A stretch of DNA of 64,000 bases from Candidatus Zhuqueibacterota bacterium (GTDB taxonomy: Bacteria; BS750m-G25). How positions within the stretch are numbered: position 1 is the first letter of the stretch; every line of letters begins with the position of its first letter. The position numbers and the translations under genes were made by a program. The stretch is taken from the NCBI GenBank assembly GCA_016783505.1, contig JADHWK010000005.1, positions 1,764-65,763 on the forward strand, given 5' to 3'. Positions 1 through 9,423 of this stretch are shown piece after piece. The notes beneath the pieces were generated by a model. That model made no database searches and had not been told where the DNA came from. It saw only the letters and a program-made list of their open reading frames with translations.

Positions 1-73
1 TCAGCAATTAGCAATCATTTCGGTGTCATTCGGTGTTTTCCGAATCAGGGATTAAAATCTTTACGAGAAAAAT

Positions 74-856
74 TTGATGGCTGGCCTGAATCAGTTGACC
101 AGGGGGGATCACTGGCGTCTGTTCTGGAGAAGTTTTTACATCCAAACCGGGTGGAACTTCAAAACCCTGATCGGCAACGGCTTCTGTTTCTGTCTCATTC
201 CCGTAGCTAGGAAGCTGTTCAGGACCCCGGAAGGAAAGAAATCTTTCTTTAACCGCCATTTGGCCTTTTTCAACGCCCATCCATATTTCGCCTCCTATGC
301 ATTGGGGGCGGTGCTGCGCCTCGAAGAGGAAGCGGTGGAGGATCCCGGCAGAGTCGGGATGATCGTCCCATTTAAAGAGAAATTGACTGGACCTCTGGGG
401 GCGATAGGGGATCGTATTTTCTGGGAACTCCTGAAGCCCCTGACCGCCCTGGTGGGGGGCTCTTTAATCCTTCTTGACAAAACGGAGGACTATTCCCTCT
501 CCCTGTTGGGGTTGTTTCTTTTTCTGGCCGGTTATAATCTTCCCCATCTCTGGGTGAGGTTTCGGGGGATCAAGAAGGGGTATGTGCTGGGAATAAATGT
601 TCTGGCAGAAATACTGTCACCCAAATACCCCCGGCTGGCCGGGGTGATCGGGACGTTTGCGACAGTAATGGCTGGGCTTTTCATAATCGTGGGGGGACAG
701 TGGTCTCTGGATAGGGGTTGGGTCCAATTTATGGTTTTTATCAGTTCGGGGACGCTGGGTTTGTTCCTTCTAAAAAGGGCCTCTTTTGTCTGGGCGTTGG
801 CTTCCGCTTTCGGGATGACCTTAGTCTGGGGTTGGCTGGGGACGGTGGTGGTTTGA
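74..856 (+). CDS. PTS mannose/fructose/sorbose-family EIID component
   Basis: The 260-aa ORF carries ManZ-type motifs: RSF..QxxWNF, GFCF, RHLAFFNAHPY (compare RHLEFFNTHPY), LEE and GPLGAIGDRIFW. It is multi-pass hydrophobic. The stop overlaps the next start as ATGA. Confidence 0.8.
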   Translation: MMAGLNQLTRGDHWRLFWRSFYIQTGWNFKTLIGNGFCFCLIPVARKLFRTPEGKKSFFNRHLAFFNAHPYFASYALGAVLRLEEEAVEDPGRVGMIVPFKEKLTGPLGAIGDRIFWELLKPLTALVGGSLILLDKTEDYSLSLLGLFLFLAGYNLPHLWVRFRGIKKGYVLGINVLAEILSPKYPRLAGVIGTFATVMAGLFIIVGGQWSLDRGWVQFMVFISSGTLGLFLLKRASFVWALASAFGMTLVWGWLGTVVV

Positions 857-1122
857 TGGTCGAGAGGCGGGTGAACATACGGAACGAGCTGGGTCTTCAT
901 GCCCGGCCGGCGGCCCACTTTGTTAAACTGGCAGCCCAATTTCAGGCCGATGTGTTCCTTATCAAGGATGGGCTTAGGGTGAACGGCAAAAGCATTATGG
1001 GGGTGATGATGCTGGCTGCTGAGATGGATAGCCAGATTATCATTCAGGCGCAGGGCAGCGATGAAGACCGGGCTTTGGAAGCCTTGGTTAAGCTGGTGGA
1101 AGACAAGTTTTACGAACAATAG
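856..1122 (+). CDS. ptsH: Phosphocarrier protein HPr
   Basis: The 88-aa ORF begins MVERRVNIRNELGLHARPAAHFV, giving the His15 GLHARPA motif, and has an HPr C-terminal fold. The true ATG at 856 overlaps the EIID stop. The ORF-track start at 718 is an artefactual N-terminal extension. Confidence 0.85.
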   Translation: MVERRVNIRNELGLHARPAAHFVKLAAQFQADVFLIKDGLRVNGKSIMGVMMLAAEMDSQIIIQAQGSDEDRALEALVKLVEDKFYEQ

Positions 1123-1242
1123 GGATTACAGGAAAGAATACATCGAAAAATCCTAATAATTGGAGAAATCCCAGTTGCGTCTTACGGTTGTCCCGAAAAT
1201 TCGGGAAAGCTTCGGGATCGTTTCGTAATTCGTTGAACGGTT

Positions 1243-1413
1243 ATGGAAAACAAAAAAAAGCAAATCAAGAATTTCCATGATTTATATGTCTATCAAAGTA
1301 ACTACAAAGCAATGCTTGCCGTGTTTAAACATATCCTGCCCAAACTTCCCAAAGAAGAACAATATGATCTTATCCCGAGTATTCGGGACAGAAATATCTT
1401 GATGATGCAATGA
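1243..1413 (+). pseudogene. N-terminal fragment (56 aa) of a four-helix-bundle protein (23S rRNA IVS protein family), apparently disrupted
   Basis: MENKKKQIKNFHDLYVYQSNYKAMLAVFKHILPKLPKEEQYDLIPSIRD matches the family N-terminal consensus (IKDFKDL.VWQKA..L...Y.L...PKEE..GL.SQIRR). It stops prematurely. ORF 1410..1625 in another frame may hold a diverged C-terminal remnant. Confidence 0.4.
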
Positions 1414-1673
1414 CAGAATCGAACGAAACAATAGTTTCATTGAGTCAGACACGGGATATTTACCCTCACTGTGTTTCAGTTAAGATTTGCAATGAATTGA
1501 TTGATGTTTATGATAAAGCCAGTCGGCAACTATACAGATTATCGCTTTCCTGGACAAGGTTCAGTGACCGCAAGGATGAAGGCAACCGACAGACGATAGA
1601 CGAAACGAGCAACGCAACCGAATGACGTATATACGAACTACTTTAATGATACAATATATTTATTAACTCTACA

Positions 1674-3449
1674 ATGAATAGTAACAAAAACCAAGAAGGT
1701 AAAACCATTGTTTTACGTGGTGTCCCGGCATCCCCGGGGATCGCCATCGGACCGGTTTTCCGTAAGGAAACCAAGGATCTGGAAATAAGGCCACGGACGG
1801 TGACCGACGCCGAAAGCGAGGTCAAGCGATTTATTCAGGCGATAGAGAAGACCAAACGGGATGTGGAGCAGACCAGGCAGTCGGCCCGGAAGAAGCTGGG
1901 GGAGGAGGAGGCCAGGATCTTTGACGCCCATCTTATGTTGCTGGAGGACATCATCGTCATCGAAGAGACGACCAAACACATCCTGAAGGAGAAAAAGAAC
2001 GCAGATTTCATTATCCTGGAGATGATGAACCGTATTGTTGACTCCATGCGCGAGCAGGAAGGGGGCTATCTTAATCAGAGGGTGGCCGATATCCAAGATG
2101 TGAGCCAGCGGATAATCCGCAATCTCCGCAAAGAGAAGCGGTTCTGGTTCGAGGAGATCCAGGCACCGACCATCGTGGTGGCCCCGGACCTAACCCCTTC
2201 TGAGGCCATTCATTTGAGCCCGGAAAAGGTGCTGGGCTTTGCCACCGACCTGGGGGGACGGACCTCACACTATGCTATCCTGGCGAGATCTTTGGGGGTG
2301 CCGCTGGTGGTGGGTCTGGGGAAAATCTGGGGTCAGGTGGAAACGGGTGATACCCTGATCGTCAACGGGAACAGCGGCAAGGTTATCCTTCGTCCTACCC
2401 GGGAACAGCTTGAAGAATATCGGCTTAAGAGAAAGCGATATTTACAATTCGAAGAGAGCCTTTTAAATCTGAAGGATCTTCCCGCCCGCACCCTTGATGG
2501 TCACCAAGTAATCCTCTCGGCCAATATCGAACTGGCGGCTGAAGTGGACATCATGAAGAAGCACGGCGCCCAGGGGATCGGTCTTTTTCGGACGGAATAC
2601 CTTTACCTCAGGGAAAATCGGTTCCCGTCCGAAGAGGAACAATATCAGGAATACCGGGGGGTGGCCGAGGCGATCTATCCTGACCCGGTGATCTTTCGCA
2701 CCTTCGATCTGGGTGGGGACAAGATGTCGGCTGATTTGGACCACCATAAGGAGATGAACCCCTTCCTGGGCTACCGGGCTATCAGGGCTTGCCTCGATCA
2801 GCCGGATCTGTTCAAACCCCAACTGCGGGCCATCTTAAGGGCTAGTTCACGGAGAAACGTCAAGGTGATGTTCCCGTTCATCTCCGGATTGGAGGAACTG
2901 AGGGCGGCCAAGGGCGTTTTGGAAGGGGTCAAAAGTGAGCTTTTGGAGGAAGGTGTCTCTATTGACCGAGAGCTTGAGGTGGGCATCATGGTGGAGACCC
3001 CCTCGGCGGTGGTGATGGCCGATCTTTTGGCCACCGAGGTGGATTTCTTCAGCATTGGCACCAACGATCTGACCCAGTTCACCCTGGCCGTGGATCGGGG
3101 CAATGAAAGGGTCTCCCATCTCTATAATGCCCTCCATCCGGCCGTCCTGAGTATGATCAAAGGAACGGTTGACGCCGGGAAAAAGGCGGGTATCTGGGTG
3201 GGGATGTGCGGGGAGATGGCGGGTGATCCCCTGGCCGTTCTTATCCTGCTGGGTTTAGGGCTTCAGGAGTTCAGCGTAAGCCCGATGGTGCTCCCCGAGG
3301 TTAAAAAAATCATTCGGTCCATTACGCATAAGGAGTCCCGGCAGATCGCCGAAGAGTCCCTGAAGATGCATACCACCGATGAATTGCAGGGATATATTGA
3401 AGGTGTAATGAAGAGGAAATTCGCTGATCTGCCCATTTGGTTTAAATAA
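1674..3449 (+). CDS. ptsI: Phosphoenolpyruvate-protein phosphotransferase (PTS Enzyme I)
   Basis: The 591-aa ORF has the GGRTSHYAILARSLGVPLVVG active-site His motif and a PEP-utilising C-terminal domain (FRTEYLYL, SIGTNDLTQ). Confidence 0.9.
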   Translation: MNSNKNQEGKTIVLRGVPASPGIAIGPVFRKETKDLEIRPRTVTDAESEVKRFIQAIEKTKRDVEQTRQSARKKLGEEEARIFDAHLMLLEDIIVIEETTKHILKEKKNADFIILEMMNRIVDSMREQEGGYLNQRVADIQDVSQRIIRNLRKEKRFWFEEIQAPTIVVAPDLTPSEAIHLSPEKVLGFATDLGGRTSHYAILARSLGVPLVVGLGKIWGQVETGDTLIVNGNSGKVILRPTREQLEEYRLKRKRYLQFEESLLNLKDLPARTLDGHQVILSANIELAAEVDIMKKHGAQGIGLFRTEYLYLRENRFPSEEEQYQEYRGVAEAIYPDPVIFRTFDLGGDKMSADLDHHKEMNPFLGYRAIRACLDQPDLFKPQLRAILRASSRRNVKVMFPFISGLEELRAAKGVLEGVKSELLEEGVSIDRELEVGIMVETPSAVVMADLLATEVDFFSIGTNDLTQFTLAVDRGNERVSHLYNALHPAVLSMIKGTVDAGKKAGIWVGMCGEMAGDPLAVLILLGLGLQEFSVSPMVLPEVKKIIRSITHKESRQIAEESLKMHTTDELQGYIEGVMKRKFADLPIWFK

Positions 3450-3459
3450 TTAAAGTAGA

Positions 3460-4572
3460 ATGATAAAAATTGATTCCCAAGATGTGAGAAAATATGATCC
3501 CTCAGACATGCTGGGGCTGATCTTGAACTTTCCCGATCAGATTGAAGAGGCTGTCGCTATTGGGGAGGGTATTCAAACGGATCCGCACCCGGAGGGGCTT
3601 CAGCACCTTGTAATCTGCGGCATGGGGGGGTCGGCCATCGGGGGGGATCTGTTACGAACCTATCTGTCCCGGGAAATATCCCTTCCCATCTTAGTGAATC
3701 GGCACTACACCCTGCCTAGATTTGTCGGTCCTAATTCTTTGGTCATTGTGTCCAGTTATTCGGGTAACACCGAGGAGGCCCTGGCCTCCTTTCAGGAAGC
3801 TAGGGTTAGAAAGGCGCATGTAGTCTGCCTGACCAGTGGGGGGAGACTTAAGGGATGGGCCCGAGAAGAAGGTTTCCCCGTGATCCAAATTCCGGGAGGA
3901 TACCCCCCTCGGGCGGCTCTGGGTTTTTCTTTTTTTCCCGTTCTCATCCTTTTAATAAAAACAGGATTGGTTAAGAGACGTTCCCAGGATTTCCAAGAAG
4001 TTATCACTTTGCTTCGAAAAAAAAGCCGACTCTATCATCCGGATAAGAACGAAGGGAATCTGGCAAAGCAGCTGGCCGGGGAGCTTAAAGGCCGGTTTGC
4101 CTTAATCTACGCCTCACCCCCCACCGAGGCGGTGGCGATGCGATGGAAGGGGCAGTTTTCCGAGAACAGCAAGCTCTTGGCCGGTGTAAATCTTTTTCCT
4201 GAACTCAACCATAATGAAATCGTAGGCTTTAGGCCAAAGCCCGCCGGGCCCATCAGGGTGATTTTCCTGAAGGACAGCGGGGATCACTCCCGAATTAAAG
4301 CCCGGATGGACATTACTAAGGCCATCATTGAGGAAAGCGGGGCCAGGGTTTTGGAGGTCCATTCGGAGGGAAAGTCCCTGTTGGCCCGGTTGTTCTCATT
4401 GATCTATCTGGGGGATTTCGTCTCCCTGTATCTTGCCGTGTTGAACAAGGTGGACCCGACGCCGGTTAAAAATATTGACTTTCTAAAATCTGAATTGGCG
4501 AAAATCCCGGGATCCTTTAGAATGGCAACAGTTCAGCCACAAAGACACGAAGACACCAAGATTATAGAGTAA
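3460..4572 (+). CDS. Bifunctional phosphoglucose/phosphomannose isomerase (SIS domain, archaeal-type PGI/PMI)
   Basis: The 370-aa ORF carries VICGMGGSAIGGDL and VIVSSYSGNTEE SIS motifs. It starts 11 nt after ptsI. Its C-terminal about 15 aa are encoded by a 34-nt repeat also found at 52569. Confidence 0.65.
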   Translation: MIKIDSQDVRKYDPSDMLGLILNFPDQIEEAVAIGEGIQTDPHPEGLQHLVICGMGGSAIGGDLLRTYLSREISLPILVNRHYTLPRFVGPNSLVIVSSYSGNTEEALASFQEARVRKAHVVCLTSGGRLKGWAREEGFPVIQIPGGYPPRAALGFSFFPVLILLIKTGLVKRRSQDFQEVITLLRKKSRLYHPDKNEGNLAKQLAGELKGRFALIYASPPTEAVAMRWKGQFSENSKLLAGVNLFPELNHNEIVGFRPKPAGPIRVIFLKDSGDHSRIKARMDITKAIIEESGARVLEVHSEGKSLLARLFSLIYLGDFVSLYLAVLNKVDPTPVKNIDFLKSELAKIPGSFRMATVQPQRHEDTKIIE

Positions 4573-4956
4573 TTCTTTTAATACACCAACACAGTTTTAT
4601 CCCAGAGCCAGAAAACTCTTATTAAGACTGTTCTTTAATTCCCTTATAATAGAACTTAGCCCCTGCGGGGCAACTGGAAGAATGGATGGGTAAACTCAAC
4701 CTTTTCCTGCAGTTCTTGCCTGCCAACCCAGGATACAACCTTCCAATCTTCCAACCTTCCAGCATTCCCCTACAGGTCTTACCTGCCCCTAGGCGGGTCT
4801 CCGACCGGCCAGGGGGACAATATTCAAGTAATATTTAAATAAAACTAATATTTTTAATGAGTTCTTAGAAAATCCGAGATGTGGAGTTACCCCGCCGTTG
4901 GCGGGTCTAAATAACAAGTCTTCCGATAAATTGAAAAATAATAAAGAATCCGTAGA

Positions 4957-5943
4957 ATGAAAGCTATCATCCCAGTAGCCGGGATGGGCACCAGGCTTCG
5001 TCCCCATACCCATACCCTGCCCAAGGTGTTGCTGAATGTGGCCGGAAAACCCATTCTGGGTCATATTCTCGACACCGTAGTTGATGCAGGCATAAGCCAG
5101 GTCCTCCTCGTGGTGGGTCATCTTGGGGATATGATCCAGGACTGGGTGCGAAGTCATTATGACCTGGATTTGAAGTTTGTGGAACAGAAGGAACCCCTGG
5201 GTTTAGGCCATGCGGTGGGATTGGGATTGGACCGGGAAGATAACGGGGTCTTGATAATCCTGGGTGATACTATTTTAGAGTTGGATATGGTTGATTTTTT
5301 GGGATCATCCTGTTCTTGTTTGGGGGTGAAAGCGGTAAAGAACCCACGGCGCTTCGGTGTGGTCGAGGAGGAGAAAGGCTTGGTGGTTCGCTTGGTTGAG
5401 AAACCAGAGCATCCCCCCTCCAACCTGGCCATTGCTGGAATATACTATCTTAAAAGTGGGGGAGACCTCTGGAAATGCGTCCAAGAAATGATGGCCGAAG
5501 GTCGGAAGACCGGGGGGGAATATCAACTTACGGATGCCCTGCAGCTTATGGTGGATCGGGGGGAAAAACTAAAAGCCTATCCCATTGATGGCTGGTATGA
5601 TTGCGGCAAACCAGAGACCTTGTTGGCCACCAACCGCCATCTGTTGGATAAACGGGGAAATCGAAGGGGAAAGGCCCATTCGTATGGTAAGAATGCACTG
5701 GTTATCCCCCCCGTTTCCATCGGGGATGGGGTTAAGATTGAACATTCCTTGGTCGGTCCTTACGTGACCTTAGCCGACGGGGCTTCGGTAGGGAATTCCA
5801 TCGTCACCAACTCTATCATTGGGGAGAAGGCCGTTGTGGAACGGTCCCTACTTGCCGGTTCCCTGATAGCCGATAATGCCCTGGTGCGGGGGGCCTTCCG
5901 CAAGTTGAATGTGGGGGATTCCTCGGCCGTAGATTTCGAATAA
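4957..5943 (+). CDS. Sugar-phosphate nucleotidyltransferase with C-terminal left-handed beta-helix
   Basis: The N-terminus MKAIIPVAGMGTRLRP..LPKVLL is the NTP-transferase signature. It is followed by hexapeptide-like repeats (IGDGVKIEHSLVGPYV, VGNSIVTNSIIG). Confidence 0.6.
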   Translation: MKAIIPVAGMGTRLRPHTHTLPKVLLNVAGKPILGHILDTVVDAGISQVLLVVGHLGDMIQDWVRSHYDLDLKFVEQKEPLGLGHAVGLGLDREDNGVLIILGDTILELDMVDFLGSSCSCLGVKAVKNPRRFGVVEEEKGLVVRLVEKPEHPPSNLAIAGIYYLKSGGDLWKCVQEMMAEGRKTGGEYQLTDALQLMVDRGEKLKAYPIDGWYDCGKPETLLATNRHLLDKRGNRRGKAHSYGKNALVIPPVSIGDGVKIEHSLVGPYVTLADGASVGNSIVTNSIIGEKAVVERSLLAGSLIADNALVRGAFRKLNVGDSSAVDFE

Positions 5944-6014
5944 AGGAAAAATCTGCCAAAGCCTGGCTGGAATTTAAGGGAATTGAAGAACGGGTTCACT
6001 CCGTCTCCAGATTA

Positions 6015-6209
6015 TTGACCTTGGGGGAAAAGAACCTTTCTGTGCTGATTGAAAAGGCTCGGGTTTTAGATCGTTATTATATTCCCACCCGTTATGCCAA
6101 CAGCTTTGATGTAGGGGCGCCAGCCGATTACTTCGACAAAAAAACAGCCAAAGAGGCTATTCATTATGCTGAGGACATCATTGCCTTCGTTGAAAAAGAA
6201 CTGGTCTGA
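6015..6209 (+). pseudogene. HEPN-domain protein, C-terminal half only (N-terminally truncated)
   Basis: ARVLDRYYIPTRYANSFDVGAP...AKEAIHYAEDIIAFVEKEL matches the C-terminal part of MNT-associated HEPN proteins. The frame is open back to a stop at 5874 with no ATG or GTG, so the N-terminal helices are missing. Confidence 0.45.
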
Positions 6210-6636
6210 ATGCTCCACTTTCGAGATCCTTATCCAATTCGTCAAAAAGGTGAAAGAAAAACCCCTGGCTTTAATCCTCTTTGGCTCCTGGGCTACCAAT
6301 AATTATTTTCCCTCCAGTGACATTGATGTCTTAGTGCTTTATGAAAAGAAGAAGGACCTGCTGGCGAATGGTCTGGAACTGAGGAGGTTGGATCCTTCCG
6401 GTGCGGTAGAGCCCTTCGTCTATGGAAAAGATCAGCTTAAGAAGATGATTGCCGATTTAAACCCTTTCATATTGAACGTCTTAATGGACGGGATTGTTTT
6501 GTACGAATCCATAGATTCTAATCTTAAAGAAATTGAGAGGACCTTCTCAGAGATTCTCCAAAAATTCTCTGTTGTAAGGGAACATACCTGTTGGAAGATT
6601 AGAGATCTGAAGAGATGGAGTAAAGAGAGAATATAG
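6166..6636 (+). CDS. Minimal nucleotidyltransferase (MNT, Pol-beta superfamily), partner of the HEPN fragment
   Basis: LALILFGSWATNNYFPSSDIDVLVLY is the GS-x(9-13)-DxD NTase motif. It overlaps the 3' end of the HEPN fragment, as toxin-antitoxin pairs do. Confidence 0.55.
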   Translation: MLRTSLPSLKKNWSECSTFEILIQFVKKVKEKPLALILFGSWATNNYFPSSDIDVLVLYEKKKDLLANGLELRRLDPSGAVEPFVYGKDQLKKMIADLNPFILNVLMDGIVLYESIDSNLKEIERTFSEILQKFSVVREHTCWKIRDLKRWSKERI

Positions 6637-6675
6637 TTGTTTGTTAATCAGCAATATTGAAAGAAAGGTGGGACA

Positions 6676-7806
6676 ATGGTGGAACATTTTTTTTCTTCCG
6701 AGTCGGTAACCGAGGGTCATCCTGACAAGATTGCTGACCAGATTTCGGATGCCGTGTTGGACGAGGTGATCGCTCAGGATCCCTACGGTCGGGTGGCCTG
6801 TGAGACGTTGGTGACCACCGGGCTGACCCTGGTGGCCGGGGAGATTACTACCGATTGCTATGTGGACATCCCAGGGTTGGTCCGGGATACGGTTAAAAAG
6901 ATCGGGTATACGGATGCCCGGTTTGGTTTCGACTACGAGACCATCGCCGTCCTCACCTCAATAGACCAACAGTCCCCCGACATCGCCCTGGGGGTGGATA
7001 AGGGGGGAGCCGGGGATCAGGGGATGATGTTCGGGTTTGCCACCGAAGAGACTCCGGAGCTGATGCCCATGCCCATTAGCCTGGCCCACAAACTGGCTCA
7101 TAGGCTGGCGGAGGTGCGAAAGAAGGGTATCCTGCCCCACCTGAGGCCTGATGGTAAGACCCAGGTCACCGTTAAATATCATGATGAGAACCCGGCCAGC
7201 GTGCAGTCGGTGGTGGTGGCCGCACAGCATAATGAGGGGGTGAAGATCGAAGATTTGCGTCACGACATTATCGAGCATGTTGTCAAAGAGATCATACCCG
7301 AAGAACTCATTAACAAGGAGAATATTAGTTACCTTATTAATCCTACTGGCCGTTTTGTCGTCGGGGGTCCTCAGGGGGACGCTGGTCTGACCGGTCGCAA
7401 GATCATCGTGGATACCTACGGGGGCTATGGTAGCCACGGGGGAGGGTGTTTTTCGGGGAAAGACCCTACCAAAGTGGACCGCAGCGCCTCTTACATGGCC
7501 CGTTATGTTGCCAAGAACATCGTCGCCGCCAAGCTGGCCCGTCGTTGTGAAATCCAGATGGCCTATGCCATCGGAAAGCCGGAGCCGGTTTCCGTGATGG
7601 TTAATACAGAGGGAACCGGGGTTATGTCCGACGAGGAATTACTGAAATTGGTAAAGAAAACGTTTGACCTGACCCCTGCGGGTATCATTGATAAACTGGA
7701 TCTGTTACGTCCGATTTATAAGAAAACGGCCGTTTACGGGCACTTCGGTCGTTCCGATAAAGATTTCACCTGGGAAAAGGTGGACATGGTGGATAAGCTT
7801 AGCTGA
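6676..7806 (+). CDS. metK: S-adenosylmethionine synthetase
   Basis: The 376-aa ORF carries hallmark motifs ([38 protein letters not shown]-like, [10 protein letters not shown]). Confidence 0.95.
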   Translation: MVEHFFSSESVTEGHPDKIADQISDAVLDEVIAQDPYGRVACETLVTTGLTLVAGEITTDCYVDIPGLVRDTVKKIGYTDARFGFDYETIAVLTSIDQQSPDIALGVDKGGAGDQGMMFGFATEETPELMPMPISLAHKLAHRLAEVRKKGILPHLRPDGKTQVTVKYHDENPASVQSVVVAAQHNEGVKIEDLRHDIIEHVVKEIIPEELINKENISYLINPTGRFVVGGPQGDAGLTGRKIIVDTYGGYGSHGGGCFSGKDPTKVDRSASYMARYVAKNIVAAKLARRCEIQMAYAIGKPEPVSVMVNTEGTGVMSDEELLKLVKKTFDLTPAGIIDKLDLLRPIYKKTAVYGHFGRSDKDFTWEKVDMVDKLS

Positions 7807-8159
7807 CAAAAAGATTGGGTCGTTAGGCCAGTTGGTTAAAAGGTAATTGAACTCAGACTCGGAATTTCATTATTAGTTAATTGCTGATTGTTATGAAAAA
7901 AGAATTTTTAAAACTGGAAGATATAACAGCTTACCAAATTCCTTCTGGTCTTGGCGATTAAAAATCAATACCTTAATAAAAATCACTGGTAACTTTAAGG
8001 ATCTGAAAGTTTAGCAATCAGCAATTAAGAATCAACAATAAATCTTGGTTTTCTCAAGGATTTTAGCACGTTGCACCAATTTCACAAATAAACTTTTCGA
8101 ATCCAGATTGAACTTTCACTGTAAATATTTTCCATAATAGGGTAAGAAAGAGGGGATTT

Positions 8160-9413
8160 TTGGACTATCAAGTTAAGGACATTGAGCTAGCTGAGGGGGG
8201 GAGAAGGAAAATTGAATGGGCCGAGTCCCGCATGCCGGTGCTCATGTCTCTGCGGGAAGAACATCGGGGGAAGAAGTCCTTTCGGGGGGCTCGCATCTCG
8301 GGCTGTCTGCACGTTACCAAGGAGACGGCCGTCCTGGTGAGGACCCTTCAGGCCGCCGGGGCGGAGCTGGGCTGGTCCGGCTGCAACCCCCTGTCCACCC
8401 AGGACGACATCGCTGCTGCCCTGGCGGCAGAGGGGGTACCAATCTATGCCTGGCAGGGGATGAACACCGATGAATTTTACGTTTGCATAGACGATGCTTT
8501 AGGGATTAAACCGACCCTGACCCTGGATGACGGGGCCGACCTCATCTTTAGCATCCATGACCGGCATAACGACCTTTTGAAAGGCGTCAATGGGGGCACG
8601 GAGGAGACGACCACCGGGGTTCACCGCCTCCGGGCCATGGCCAAGGCCGGGGCCCTCCGCTATCCCATCATCGCCGTCAACGATGCGGAGACGAAATGGG
8701 ATTTTGATAACGTCTACGGCACCGGCCAATCCTCCCTCGACGGCATCCTGCGGGCCACCGGTGTGCTTCTGGCGGGAAAGAATTTCGTGATCGCCGGTTA
8801 CGGTCACTGCGGCCGCGGGGTGGCCATGCGGGCCAAGGGCATGGGATGCAACGTCATAATCACCGAGGTAAGCCCAACAGCGGCCCTGAGGGCTTCTTTG
8901 GACGGGATGAGGGTGATGAGTATGGATGAAGCGGCCCCCATCGGGGACATCTTCATCACCGCCACCGGCATGAAGGACGTGGTGGTAAAGGGGCATTTTG
9001 AGGCCATGAAGGAGGGGGCCGTGGTCTGCAATACCGGCCATTATGACTGTGAGTTGAATCTGGTTGACCTCAAATGCTTGACGGAGTCTGTCAGGGAGAT
9101 ACGCCCCAATAACGAGGAGTATACCCTTAAGAACGGCAGGCATATCTACGTTCTGGCCCAGGGGCGGCTGGTCAACTTAGCCGCCGCCGAGGGTCACCCC
9201 TCCGAGGTCATGGATATGTCCTTCGCCAACCAATTTCTGGCCCTCTTACGGCTCCATCGGGAGGGAGACGGCCTCAAGCCCGGTGTCTACACCATTGACC
9301 CGAAACAGGACAAACAGATCGCCCGGCTGAAACTTAAAACCATGGGAATTAATATTGATACCCTCACCCCGGAGCAGGAGAAATATAGATCCGACTGGCG
9401 GGAGGGAACCTAA
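8160..9413 (+). CDS. ahcY: Adenosylhomocysteinase
   Basis: The 417-aa ORF has an N-terminal substrate domain (KVKDIELAEGGRRKIEWAE, SLREE) and an NAD-binding region (IAGYGHCGRGVAMRAKGMGCNVIITEV). It sits next to metK. Confidence 0.85.
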   Translation: MDYQVKDIELAEGGRRKIEWAESRMPVLMSLREEHRGKKSFRGARISGCLHVTKETAVLVRTLQAAGAELGWSGCNPLSTQDDIAAALAAEGVPIYAWQGMNTDEFYVCIDDALGIKPTLTLDDGADLIFSIHDRHNDLLKGVNGGTEETTTGVHRLRAMAKAGALRYPIIAVNDAETKWDFDNVYGTGQSSLDGILRATGVLLAGKNFVIAGYGHCGRGVAMRAKGMGCNVIITEVSPTAALRASLDGMRVMSMDEAAPIGDIFITATGMKDVVVKGHFEAMKEGAVVCNTGHYDCELNLVDLKCLTESVREIRPNNEEYTLKNGRHIYVLAQGRLVNLAAAEGHPSEVMDMSFANQFLALLRLHREGDGLKPGVYTIDPKQDKQIARLKLKTMGINIDTLTPEQEKYRSDWREGT

Positions 9414-9423
9414 CTTCCTTAAA

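Noticed and set aside
532-1119. 195-aa minus-strand ORF overlapping the PTS EIID and HPr genes
   Set aside because: Antisense to two motif-verified genes. No domain signal.
7807-8159. SAH or SAM riboswitch upstream of ahcY/metK
   Set aside because: The leader is AT-rich and lacks the GC-rich pseudoknot helices of SAH or SAM-I elements. Only 39 nt separate the upstream gene from the metK start.
8216-9143. Multiple overlapping ORFs (85-214 aa) on both strands inside ahcY
   Set aside because: Alternative frames of a confidently identified gene. Compositionally biased (Arg/Gly/Pro).
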